64,000 nucleotides of DNA, taken from Promethearchaeota archaeon (GTDB taxonomy: Archaea; Asgardarchaeota; Lokiarchaeia; Sigyniarchaeales; SOKP01). Positions 39,228 through 48,952 of the stretch are shown here, piece by piece. The notes beneath the pieces were generated by a model. That model saw only the letters and a program-made list of their open reading frames with translations. It ran no database searches and was not told where the DNA came from. Within the stretch, counting starts at the first letter, position 1, and each line of letters begins with the position of its first letter. The translations under genes were made by a program, and so were the position numbers. The stretch is taken from positions 31,276 through 95,275 of the forward strand of contig JAFGOA010000223.1 in NCBI GenBank assembly GCA_016926735.1, written 5' to 3'.

Positions 39228-39698
39228 TTATTCTTGGTCTTTTGATTCATTAAAATTTCTTCCCAAATGAGCAATTTCAAAATATTCTTTATATTTTTCA
39301 ATTTCGTCATGAACTTCTTTCAATTCTTTAGTTTCTAACATTTGATCTAAAGTTTTTTTGGTTGATATATAAATTTCAGGAATGAAAGTGTTGACTTGAG
39401 AAAGTTGATAAGCTAAATCTTTAATGGAAGATAAATCTAATCTTAAATCAATTTCTTTTTGTTTAATTTGTTCAATAATTTTCTTTTCAAGTTTTCTTCT
39501 TGATATATTACTCCAAGTTATTTCATATGCGAAATAATTCACACTTTGAACTGCTTCCGTTAAAAGAGCAGTTCCAGTTGCAATTGCAATACTTCCTGTA
39601 ATTATATATGCTGTCAAAGTACCTAAAACTAAAGTAAGTGCTCGATAAATTAAACTTTTAACAAGTGTTTGCTTCCATTCTATTTTTCGTGATTTCAT
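39228..39698 (-). CDS. membrane protein with DUF2061-like N-terminus and coiled-coil tail
   Basis: KSLIYRALTLVLGTLTAYIITGS and a second TM helix. Confidence 0.45.
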   Translation of the reverse strand: MKSRKIEWKQTLVKSLIYRALTLVLGTLTAYIITGSIAIATGTALLTEAVQSVNYFAYEITWSNISRRKLEKKIIEQIKQKEIDLRLDLSSIKDLAYQLSQVNTFIPEIYISTKKTLDQMLETKELKEVHDEIEKYKEYFEIAHLGRNFNESKDQE

Positions 39699-39865
39699 TT
39701 AAAATACCATTCTCATTCATTTATAATAGTTGTATTCTGAGATATTAACTATATTAAAATCACCATTATTAAATCTTATTTGAAAATATCTTAACGACTT
39801 ACTAAAAATGAGTATATTTCATCTTATTTAATTCAAGAATAAGACCTAGCGTTCAAAAAATGTAT

Positions 39866-40264
39866 TTAAGGAGATAATATCTGAACTAATGACCATATTT
39901 CCATAAACATAAAGAAACCAAGAGGAATCATAAAAACCAAGAAAATGAATATAGATTTTCCAATTCCCACTTCATACAAAATATTTACTAGATTAATATT
40001 TATAAAAATCGCTAAAAATAATACTGGAAACATCTCTGGAGGAGGACCCTCATCATTAAATGCTCCAGAAAATCCTGCTAATATTATTGGAATTGAACAT
40101 AACATTACTACACCAACTTGCAGTCCAATACTTATTAGAATCCATTTTATATCTGTTCTTTTTTCTGCTTTAGTTATTTTCAAACATATCTTTAAAACAA
40201 TAATTCCTAAAATTACAAATAAAATTGGTGCTACGCTTGCTATTATAATTGGTTCTTCATCCAT
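39866..40264 (-). CDS. small integral membrane protein
   Basis: 132 aa with four hydrophobic helices. Preferred over the overlapping + strand ORF 39945..40286. Confidence 0.45.
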   Translation of the reverse strand: MDEEPIIIASVAPILFVILGIIVLKICLKITKAEKRTDIKWILISIGLQVGVVMLCSIPIILAGFSGAFNDEGPPPEMFPVLFLAIFININLVNILYEVGIGKSIFIFLVFMIPLGFFMFMEIWSLVQILSP

Positions 40265-40448
40265 AATTTATCTCAATTATTTTTAAATTACTTTCTTATA
40301 AAACTAATAAAAAAGATTTTTGATTTAAATTTATTTTTTATTTATAGAGATGATGTTTTAAATAATATAAAATATTTTGAATTAGTAAATAATAATATCA
40401 GAATTATTTGGAGGTTACCAATAAAAAATAAATAAAGATTGATATGCA

Positions 40449-42410
40449 ATGGAAAAAAAAGAAAACAAAGATATACGGAGTTTTGTTGTTGTCTGTCGAT
40501 GTGGTATTAACATTTCAGAAATAATCGATTGTCCTTCCCTAGTTGAATTCTCTAAAAAATTACCTACTGTTGTTGATGCTGATGAATATATTAGTATTTG
40601 TACTGAACCAGGTGCAGAATTTATAAAAAAAAAAATGACAGAAGCTAATGCCAATAGATTGATTGTTGTTGCTTGTACCCCTAAAACTCATGAACCTGTG
40701 TTTAAAACTGTTCTTGAGTCGATGAATTTAGATCCTTCTTATCTTGAATTTGCAAATATAAGAGAACATAGTAGTTTTGTTCATAGAAATGATATTGAAG
40801 GTGCTCAAAAAGTAGCTAAAGATATAGTTAAATCTGCTGTTGCAAGAGCATCCTTGTTAGAACCTATTAAAATAAAAGAAGTAGATATCACCAAAGAAGT
40901 TTTAATACTTGGTGGAGGTGTTTCAGGGTTAACTTGTGCAATAGATCTAGCTGAAGAAGGGTATATAGTACATCTAGTTGAAAAATCTCCTACAATTGGA
41001 GGTAAGATGGCTCAATTAGATAGAACGTTTCCAACTGATGATTGTTCAATCTGAATTTTAGGACCAGTAATGTTACAAGCAGCGAGAACCAAAGGACTAA
41101 ATATATACACATATAGTGAATTAGAGAACGCTAATGGATTTGTCGGGAATTTTGATGTAAAAATCAGAAAAAGAGCAAGATTTGTAACAAATGATTGTAA
41201 TGGATGTGGTGCTTGTGAACCTGTTTGCCCTGCAATTAGTTCAAATGAATTTAATGAAGGATTAAATCCAAGATCAGCAATTTATACAGCATTTGCTCAA
41301 GCAGTACCCTCTATCGCACAAATTGATATGACAAAATGTATAAAATGTGGTCTATGTCAAAAAGCATGTGAACTAAATGCTATAGATTTTGATCAAAAAG
41401 ATGAAATTCAAGAGATAAAAGTAGGAGCAATTGTCGTAGCTACTGGTTGGGATGAATATATACCTCCTATTGGAATGTTAGGATTTAATATATATCCTAA
41501 TGTTATTACTCAAATGAAATTAGAGAGAATTCTTGCCCCAAATGGTCCTACAATCGGACATTTAGCAAGACCTTCTGATGGAAAAACACCAAAAAAAATC
41601 TTATTCATTCAGTGTGTTGGTTCACGAGATTTAAATAAAAATACTTATTGTAGCTCAGGAGTATGTTGTATGATTTCAATAAAAAATACAAAGCTTATTA
41701 AACAACATTATCCTGATTGCGAAATAACCGTAGCATATATGGATATTCGTGCAGCAGGAAAAGATTATGAAGAGTATTTTACAGCATCTAGAAAGGAAGG
41801 GATAAGATATATCAGAACTAATATTAGTAAGATAGAAGAAAATCTTGAAAATCACAATTTAATCATTAAAATGCAAAATACTCTCAGAGATTCTAAGAAA
41901 TTTCAGGAAAATGAATTTGAAATGGTTGTACTTTCTTGTGCTATGACTCCCCCTAGAGGAATAAAAAAAATACAAACCTTACTAAAATTAGAGACAAGCA
42001 GAGATGGCTTTTTCAAAGAATTTCATGCAAGATTGAATCCAATTGATACAAAAATACCTGGAATTATTCTTGCAGGGGTTAGTCAAGGTCCTAAATCTAT
42101 AGCTGAATCGATATCTCAAGGAAGAGCCGCAGCCTCATCCGCAGCTCGATTAATGAGTAAGGATAAATTTAGAATTGCTCTAATTAGAGCAAAAGTAGAT
42201 AAAGAAAAATGTGCTAAATGCGGTTTATGTGAATTTAATTGCCCTTATAATGCTATTACTTTGAAAGATGATGGCGCAGATGTTGATGAAATTTTATGTA
42301 GAGGATGTGGTTCATGTTTAGCTAATTGTCCATCAGAAGCAATAAGTTTAAGATATTATAAAGAGAATCAGTATGAAAAACAAATAGATGCGATTCTTGA
42401 GAATACATAG
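40449..42410 (+). CDS. hdrA: heterodisulfide reductase subunit A (HdrA) selenoprotein; in-frame TGA = Sec
   Basis: Track ORFs 40449..41054 and 41070..42410 are in one frame, separated only by TGA 41052-41054. That TGA sits at FPTDDCSI-U-ILGP, where HdrA homologs have Cys or Sec. FAD motif GGGVSG and four ferredoxin-type Cys clusters. 653 codons. Confidence 0.85.
41052..41054 (+). other. UGA selenocysteine codon in hdrA
   Basis: Aligns with the conserved Cys of the DCSxC motif. Confidence 0.75.
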
Positions 42411-42418
42411 AGAGGTTG

Positions 42419-42895
42419 ATGATTATTACAAAATCAGATTTAAAAATTATTAGCTTTATGTGTTGGAAATGAGGATATGGTGCTGGAGATATGGCAGGAA
42501 CAATTCGTGCTCAATATCCCGCTACAATCAGACCTATTCGAATTAATTGTACTGGAAGAGTCACTCCAAGTTTAATGATGCGTACATTAGGAAAAGGTGC
42601 TGATGGAATTATAGTAGCTGGATGATATCCTGGAGAATGTGATTTTGAAACAGGTAATCTTGTTGCTGAAAAAAATGTTCAATATGTAAGAGAAATTTTG
42701 AAAACAATTGGACTCTCCGAAGAACGAGTACACATGTTTAATTGTAGTGCAGCAGAAGGACAGAGATTTCAAGAGGAGATTACTAGAATTTCTGAAATAA
42801 TTGAGACACTTGGCAACAACCCTTTTAAAGAATCTAATACATTAAAAAAAGTATCTGATTCTAAAGAAGGAAAAAAAATAAACCGAATTGAATGA
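42419..42895 (+). CDS. vhuD: MvhD/VhuD-like hydrogenase delta subunit with two in-frame TGA (Sec) codons
   Basis: Reads FMCWK-U-GYGAGDMAG...RINCTGRV...GADGIIVAG-U-YPGECDF..GN...NCSAAEG. Both TGAs (42470, 42623) fall on conserved Cys positions of MvhD. Starts 9 nt after the hdrA stop, with GAGAGG upstream. Confidence 0.8.
42470..42472 (+). other. UGA selenocysteine codon 1 in vhuD
   Basis: Occupies the position of the second Cys of the CxxC-type N-terminal motif. Confidence 0.7.
42623..42625 (+). other. UGA selenocysteine codon 2 in vhuD
   Basis: Occupies the Cys position in the G-C-x-P-G-x-C motif. Confidence 0.7.
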
Positions 42896-43088
42896 TTTTT
42901 ATGAAGAAAATTTGGTCATAAAATGACAACCTTGTGATGGTTTATTCGGTATTTTCAATTTATAACCTAATTTTTAACTAAAAAAATTATTTAGATAATT
43001 TATTATCAACTCAAATTAGAATAAAAGAAAAATTTAATTTAAATGAAGAAAAATAAAAAATAATCTAATAAGAATAATTCAAACTATT

Positions 43089-44399
43089 ATGTCAAATGTT
43101 CAGAAAGACAAAATCGAAAAATTATATGAAAAAGCAGAGCAACTTTATAAGGCAATTCAATATAAAAAGGCAGGTAAGACTTATTATCGCGTGGGAGAAA
43201 GCTTTTATGAAATAAAAGAATTTAAAATTGCTCAAGAAGCTTACTTTAAAGCAGCAGATTCTTTTATACAAAAAGAAGATCATGAAAAAGTCATAAAATC
43301 TCTAAGAAAATCTATAGATTCTTATTTAGAATTAGATGATATTGAAAATGCTCTTAAATTGTTGGAAAAATCAATTGATTATATAGAGAAATTAAATAAT
43401 CAAGATCTTAGAGAATCTTCTTATATCTTATTCTCATTCCTATCTTATTTATGTTATTATGCATTAGGTGTTCCAGATAAGGGGCTCAACGTTGTTAAAA
43501 GAGCTCAAAAGAGAGTAGATAAAGAATATTTCAAACAAAATTCTACAATCCACCTTATAACTAATTTTACTATCGCTTTAAGAGATAAAAAGAAAAAAAA
43601 AATTGATAAACTAACTGAAGATCTGCATCATATACAATTATATAATGGTGAGCTAAAATTAGTTAAAAATATTCTCTTAATTGCAACAATTAATGTTGAT
43701 AATACGCCTGAAATTAAATTAGATAAAGAAGATTACATAACAAATGAAATTATCCAAATGAATATGGATATTAATATTCAATCTATGTTAGAGACCGCAA
43801 AAAAAGATTTCTTTGATTTTAGAATAGATGAAATTACGATTAAAGGAATTAAAATAAATCTTACTGACAATTTATCAATTCAAACAAAACCTAGATTACC
43901 TTTAATTCTTGACTTGGAAAGTAATTTTAACTTTAATTTTTCTATAAAACCACAATTTATTACAGAGATGAGTACAATAGGTCCTATTAAAATTGAATTT
44001 TTGATAAATAATCTATACTCATTTTATATTGAAAATAGAAATGAATTTCCAATAAATCTTTCAGCTCCTCCAACTTCTCTTGAGATCTCCTTAAAAAGTT
44101 TGAAAACTCCTTTGATTGATAAGACTTTTCCACTAGAAATATTGATAGAAAATAAAAGTGAGGGAGATGCTTCTGATTTGAATATAAATATTAAATTTCC
44201 CGAACAAATTAGAGTTATTAGAGGTACAATTGAAAAACAGATATATTCTCTAAGATCTAATGAAACAATTAAATGGGAAATCAGCTCAAGACCTCTTGAA
44301 GCAGGAGATTTTGAGATTCAAATTGATTTTAGCTTTAAAGATCCTGATAATAATAATATAGAAGAAAAAATAACATTTCCATTAGCAATAAAATTGTAA
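43089..44399 (+). CDS. hypothetical protein, TPR-like helical N-terminus plus beta-rich (CARDB/DUF11-like) C-terminus
   Basis: 436 aa. Repeated helical hairpins (YKKAGKTYYRVGESFYE...AQEAYFKAADSF) are followed by a beta-sandwich-like tail. Confidence 0.45.
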   Translation: MSNVQKDKIEKLYEKAEQLYKAIQYKKAGKTYYRVGESFYEIKEFKIAQEAYFKAADSFIQKEDHEKVIKSLRKSIDSYLELDDIENALKLLEKSIDYIEKLNNQDLRESSYILFSFLSYLCYYALGVPDKGLNVVKRAQKRVDKEYFKQNSTIHLITNFTIALRDKKKKKIDKLTEDLHHIQLYNGELKLVKNILLIATINVDNTPEIKLDKEDYITNEIIQMNMDINIQSMLETAKKDFFDFRIDEITIKGIKINLTDNLSIQTKPRLPLILDLESNFNFNFSIKPQFITEMSTIGPIKIEFLINNLYSFYIENRNEFPINLSAPPTSLEISLKSLKTPLIDKTFPLEILIENKSEGDASDLNINIKFPEQIRVIRGTIEKQIYSLRSNETIKWEISSRPLEAGDFEIQIDFSFKDPDNNNIEEKITFPLAIKL

Positions 44400-44544
44400 G
44401 AATTCGTTTATTAGGAAATAAATTCCTAATATATTATATTTTAAATTATTAGTTAAAAATAAAGAACTATTTTTATAAAAGGATCAATTTAATAGTATGT
44501 TCTAAGCTTATTATTATACAACATAATGTAAAAAAAATGATAGT

Positions 44545-46113
44545 ATGAGATTAATAGTAAAAAAAATAAATTTTGAAACTGGTAATATGAAAGACGTTGT
44601 GCTTAACCATAATGATGCTGAAAAAATAGGACAAAAAGTTGGAGAACGTGTTATTATTCAAAATATAAATACTAAAAACTTAAGTGAAAAATATTGGGTT
44701 GCTATATTAAAAATTTCATATTCAGATTCTATAGTAGCTCCAGGAGAAATAGGAATTTTTGCTGACACATTTAAAGATATAAAAAATTTAAAAGAAAATT
44801 CCAAAGTCTCAGTTTTAGCTGCTGAAGCACCTACATCATATAAAAATATCCAAAAAAAAATTAAAGGTTTTAAACTTAATTCTGATGAAATTCATAGTAT
44901 TATAAAGGATGCAGTATCTGGGAAATTGTCACAAATAGAAATTGCATCATTTATTACTGGTATTTCTATTAATAATATGGATTCTGATGAAATGACAGCA
45001 TTAACATTAGCAGAAGGTAACAGTGGAAGAAAATTTGATTTTGGTCCGGAAGTCTATGACAAACATAGTACATAAAATTGCACTCTGTAATTTTAGCTAA
45101 AAGGTGGAGTTCCGGGTAATAAAGTAACACTTATAATCGTTCCAATAATTGCAGCTGCAGGATTAATTATTCCGAAAACAAGTACTCGTGCTATAACATC
45201 TCCTTCAGGTACAGCCGATTCAATGGAGGTTCTAGCGCCAATCTCTTTTAATTCAGAAGAAGTAAAAGAATTTATCTCAAAAAGAGGAGCATGTATTATT
45301 TGGGGAGGTGCTTTAGATATAGCACCTGCAGATAATGTTTTTATAGAAGTTGAACGTCCACTTCATTTTGATCCTATGGGTTTAATGATACCTTCAATTT
45401 TAGCTAAAAAACTTAGTATGGGTGTAAAAAACCTAGTATTAGATGTACCTATTGGTAAAGGAACAAAATTTCCTACACTTAAAGATGGACAAAATTTTGC
45501 TCTCATATTCAATCAAATTGCCAAAAATATTGGTATTCATAGTGAGTGTGCTTTAACCTTAGCTCATCAACCTGTGGGTCACTGTGTTGGACCGGCAATT
45601 GAAGCTCAAGAAGCAATTTCTCTTCTGAGGGACTATAAAGTAGGACCTAATTCTTTAATAGAAAAATCAACTTCATTAGCAGGTATTCTTTTAGAGATGG
45701 CAGGAAAAGCTAAAAATGGAGAAGGACAATTATTAGCTAAAGATATCTTAAAATCAGGGAAAGCTTATACAAAAATGAAAGAAATTATTGAAATGCAAGG
45801 TGGTAATCCTAATATTTTGCCAGAAGATATAGAATTAGGTCCATATAAACTTGATATCTATGCTCAAAAATCAGGTCATATCACTCAAGTGGATAATGCT
45901 TTAATTAATCAAATTGCAAAAGCAGCAGGCTGCCCCTATTCTAAAACTTCAGGAGTTAGAATTTATAAAAAACAAGGTGCTAAAATAAATAAAGGTGATA
46001 TTATTTTTACAATCTATTCTAATACTGAAAATAAGTTAAAAAGAGCTGAAAAATTATACAATAGTTCTGGAGGGCCTATTATATTAGGAGGAATGCTCAT
46101 AGAACGTATTTAA
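44545..46113 (+). CDS. AMP phosphorylase (archaeal DeoA-type, thymidine phosphorylase family) interrupted by one 30-nt BHB intron
   Basis: Exons 44545..45071 and 45102..46113 give 512 aa. The spliced product has [49 protein letters not shown]. The N-terminal extension is typical of AMP phosphorylase. Confidence 0.85.
45072..45101 (+). other. AMP phosphorylase intron (30 nt), BHB type
   Basis: Helix TAGT/GCTA, bulges ACA and AAA, inner 7-bp helix TAAAATT/AATTTTA. The insert carries three in-frame stop codons. Confidence 0.75.
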
Positions 46114-46134
46114 TAAGTATTTTTTTTAATTTTT

Positions 46135-47892
46135 CTATTGTGTTTTGTATAATTGGATGATTTCATTTACAGTAGTAATATCTTTTACTGATTTATCTGG
46201 TCTGAATCGTTGAAATACAGGAAACCTCATTGAATATCCTAATGTAGAGAATTTTTCACTTATTGTAATTTCATCTCCAATTATTTCTATTACAATTTCA
46301 GGAGAAAACCAAATATCTGGTTTTTCTTCACATATTATGTTTTTGAGTTTATTTTGAGTTTTATATTCTTTCATTTGATTTGTTAAATCTTCAAGTTGTT
46401 CATCTGTTAATCCTGAAGCAAACCTAGTGAAAGCTATAAATTGATCTTTTTCAGTATCATAAACCGCTCCTATATATGTACCATAAACTCCACTCCTTCG
46501 GCCTCTTCCAAAATATGCTCCAATGAGGACAATATCAATTGAATCTTTAAGTTTTCCCCCTTCTAACGCCTTCAATTTTATCCAAGAAAACCCTCTATTA
46601 CCTGCTTGATAGAATGAATCTTCTTTAATAGATTTAGCAATTATTCCTTCAGTACCATTCTTTCTTGCTTCATTAAAGAAATCTTTTAATTGTTCAGTAG
46701 AACTAATTGTTCTTGCCTTCACTAATTTTAGTTCATCCTTAACTATTACTATCTTTTCTAATTGTTTCCGTCGCTCTGGTAATGTCTTATAAATATAATC
46801 TTCTTCTTCATGTTTTAATATATCAAATAAAAATAAACAAACTGGGACTTCTTTTTTTATATCTTCTATATCATATTTTCGTCTTCTTTTACTTAATACT
46901 TGGAATGGAAGCATTTTTTCATAGAAAGCATCCATTGCTACTACTTCTCCTTCCAAAATAACATTATTTGATTTTATATTATCGATAATAACCTTACATA
47001 CATCAGGATATTGATCTGATACATTTAGTAATCTTCTAGAGAATAATTTTACAATATCAGATTGTTTGTGAATTTGTAGTCTTTCTCCATCTAATTTATA
47101 CTCTGCTGTAAATGGAATTCCTAATTTTTCAATTATTTCTAAGAAGGGTACGCGAGAAGCTAACATAACTCTTATTGGAATTCCATATGAAATTTTTATA
47201 TCCTTTAGTTTTTTAATTCCATTTTTTACCAAATCAATACTTATTTCACCTAAATCGGGATGGAGATTATAAGTGTGCTCAATAATATCTCGATTTTCTT
47301 TTTTATCTGTAATCCCAATAGCTAAACCGTCTATGATTGTTTGAGTTGAAACACCTATACGTAAAGTTGACGTTATAATACGAAGTAAATATTTCGTTTC
47401 TAAAGGAGTTAATTTTCTGAATAAACCTCGTAAAATTCCTAATTTTGTATCATGAGAACCACTTCCTTCTGTTATTGCAATTTTGCTAAGTTCTGAATAT
47501 AATTCTGAAATTTCTATTGAGGGTTGGTTTTTTTCATTATTTTTATCAAAGTCCATTAAAGATTTTTGTTTTTTCTTTTGAGAAAGCAAAATTTCTGCTG
47601 TTAATCCTATATCTCCCTTTTTAATTAGAATTTCTCTAATTTTATTTTTATTCATTCCTGAATGAAGAGATAAAGCTTCAATAAGCATCTTTTCTGCGAT
47701 TCCCATTTTTTTAGATTGTTGGATGTTTGAAACCAGTTGTCCATGCAAAAGATATATGATTTTATCAAGATCATTGAAATTTTTACTAATCTTAATTTCT
47801 CTGAAAAAATTTGATAATATATCTATCATTTCAAGTCTTTTAGATGTATTTTCTAGAGTAGAAAATAACTCAGCTAATATTTTGAACTTCAT
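46135..47892 (-). CDS. lig: ATP-dependent DNA ligase
   Basis: Adenylation motif EYKLDGERLQIH, 585 aa, archaeal/eukaryotic Lig1-like layout. Confidence 0.95.
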   Translation of the reverse strand: MKFKILAELFSTLENTSKRLEMIDILSNFFREIKISKNFNDLDKIIYLLHGQLVSNIQQSKKMGIAEKMLIEALSLHSGMNKNKIREILIKKGDIGLTAEILLSQKKKQKSLMDFDKNNEKNQPSIEISELYSELSKIAITEGSGSHDTKLGILRGLFRKLTPLETKYLLRIITSTLRIGVSTQTIIDGLAIGITDKKENRDIIEHTYNLHPDLGEISIDLVKNGIKKLKDIKISYGIPIRVMLASRVPFLEIIEKLGIPFTAEYKLDGERLQIHKQSDIVKLFSRRLLNVSDQYPDVCKVIIDNIKSNNVILEGEVVAMDAFYEKMLPFQVLSKRRRKYDIEDIKKEVPVCLFLFDILKHEEEDYIYKTLPERRKQLEKIVIVKDELKLVKARTISSTEQLKDFFNEARKNGTEGIIAKSIKEDSFYQAGNRGFSWIKLKALEGGKLKDSIDIVLIGAYFGRGRRSGVYGTYIGAVYDTEKDQFIAFTRFASGLTDEQLEDLTNQMKEYKTQNKLKNIICEEKPDIWFSPEIVIEIIGDEITISEKFSTLGYSMRFPVFQRFRPDKSVKDITTVNEIIQLYKTQ

Positions 47893-47959
47893 TACGCATA
47901 TTGAAATAATTAATGAAAATAAAAATGTATTGTTATTTTAAAAAAAAAAGAATAAAAAA

Positions 47960-48793
47960 TTATTTTAAAAGTTTGTTTAAATCCACAAATTTCTTTTGAA
48001 TTGCATTTTTAATATTAGTTGATATTCCTGAGAAAGAATTTGAACTAAATTTTATTCTATCTTCCGTAATGGAGAAACTACAGATTGGACCATCCATCAT
48101 TTCTACAGAATAAGATCCATCATCTTTCTTACTTATCCATATATCAGAATAATGATCTAATATCGATATTATTACAAAAGAAACTTTTGCTTTTATAGAA
48201 TCATCTTCACTAATAGATGGAGTTGCTGTTTTTTTTGCTTCTTCTATAGGTCCTGGGTGTACTACTGGTTTAGGAAGCGATTTTTTAATTAGTTCAGGTG
48301 ACGCTTGAGACATTATTTCAGGTTTTAAATTTATTTTTGGTTCAGGTTTAGCTGCCGGTTTTGGCTCTTTTTTAGTACTTGATGCTGTGATCGGCTTGGT
48401 TACGGAAGTTCCCCCTGATAAATCAAAATTAACTATAAAATTATCTAACTTCTTATGTTTTTTTTCTAATACTTGCTGTAATTCATCATTTAACTCCGTA
48501 TCTAAAGGAACTCTTTTTACTTTCCGAGCATCTATCTCTTTAAGTTCTTTAATGTCTCTTCCGATAATACTTTTTCCAATTGTATAACCATGCCCTTTTA
48601 ATGATTCTGCTTGCCTAAGCGCAGTCCTTCTAGCAACCAAACCTTGTTTTGCTCCATGCCAGAGATATAAAGACATTTGAGATTCATCTAAAACTATAAT
48701 AGATCGATCTGGTTGAAATTGATCCTTACTCCAATCAATAGGGTCTATAACTCCTCCTTCTAAAACATTAAACATTATTCCAAATTGTACCAT
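47960..48793 (-). CDS. gelsolin/villin-homology-domain-like protein with a Pro/Lys-rich linker and C-terminal domain
   Basis: The N-terminal ~100 aa (RSIIVLDESQMSLYLWHGAKQGLVARRTALRQAESLKG) match the gelsolin-repeat pattern. The assignment is from memory of the motif only. Confidence 0.45.
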   Translation of the reverse strand: MVQFGIMFNVLEGGVIDPIDWSKDQFQPDRSIIVLDESQMSLYLWHGAKQGLVARRTALRQAESLKGHGYTIGKSIIGRDIKELKEIDARKVKRVPLDTELNDELQQVLEKKHKKLDNFIVNFDLSGGTSVTKPITASSTKKEPKPAAKPEPKINLKPEIMSQASPELIKKSLPKPVVHPGPIEEAKKTATPSISEDDSIKAKVSFVIISILDHYSDIWISKKDDGSYSVEMMDGPICSFSITEDRIKFSSNSFSGISTNIKNAIQKKFVDLNKLLK

Positions 48794-48952
48794 TTTCCAA
48801 CAATATCTTCTTTTCTTTGATTATAAGATAATTTAATAAATACAATATATATCTCAATTATTTATTTTTTTTTAAAAAGTATATTTTTTTATGAATATAA
48901 CCAATACTAAAATTATTCTGAAAATATAGAAATTGTATAAAAAGAAAAAAAA

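Noticed and set aside
41052-41054. In-frame TGAs in hdrA/vhuD as nonsense mutations or as a reassigned genetic code
   Set aside because: All three coincide with conserved Cys columns known to be Sec in some homologs. TGA also terminates genes in this window (e.g. vhuD at 42893-95), which argues against global reassignment.
42896-42960. Calling a specific SECIS element downstream of vhuD
   Set aside because: Only short AT-rich hairpins could be drawn by eye, and none matched a known SECIS architecture convincingly. It is left as a search target rather than a feature.
45073-45102. Translational bypass (hopping) or stop-codon read-through over the 30-nt insert
   Set aside because: Three stops in ten codons rule out read-through. 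No matching take-off/landing codon pair was evident, and the BHB fold explains all cases, including the frameshifting one.
44545-46113. Reading the split AMP phosphorylase (and the split aldolase at 10764..11608) as ordinary decaying pseudogenes
   Set aside because: Outside the three short inserts both genes are uninterrupted and retain their catalytic motifs. Each insert sits in the same BHB geometry seen in the two tRNA-His introns, and bulge-to-bulge excision restores frame and motif, including a 32-nt case that fixes a frameshift. The pseudogene reading remains the formal null hypothesis until RNA data exist.
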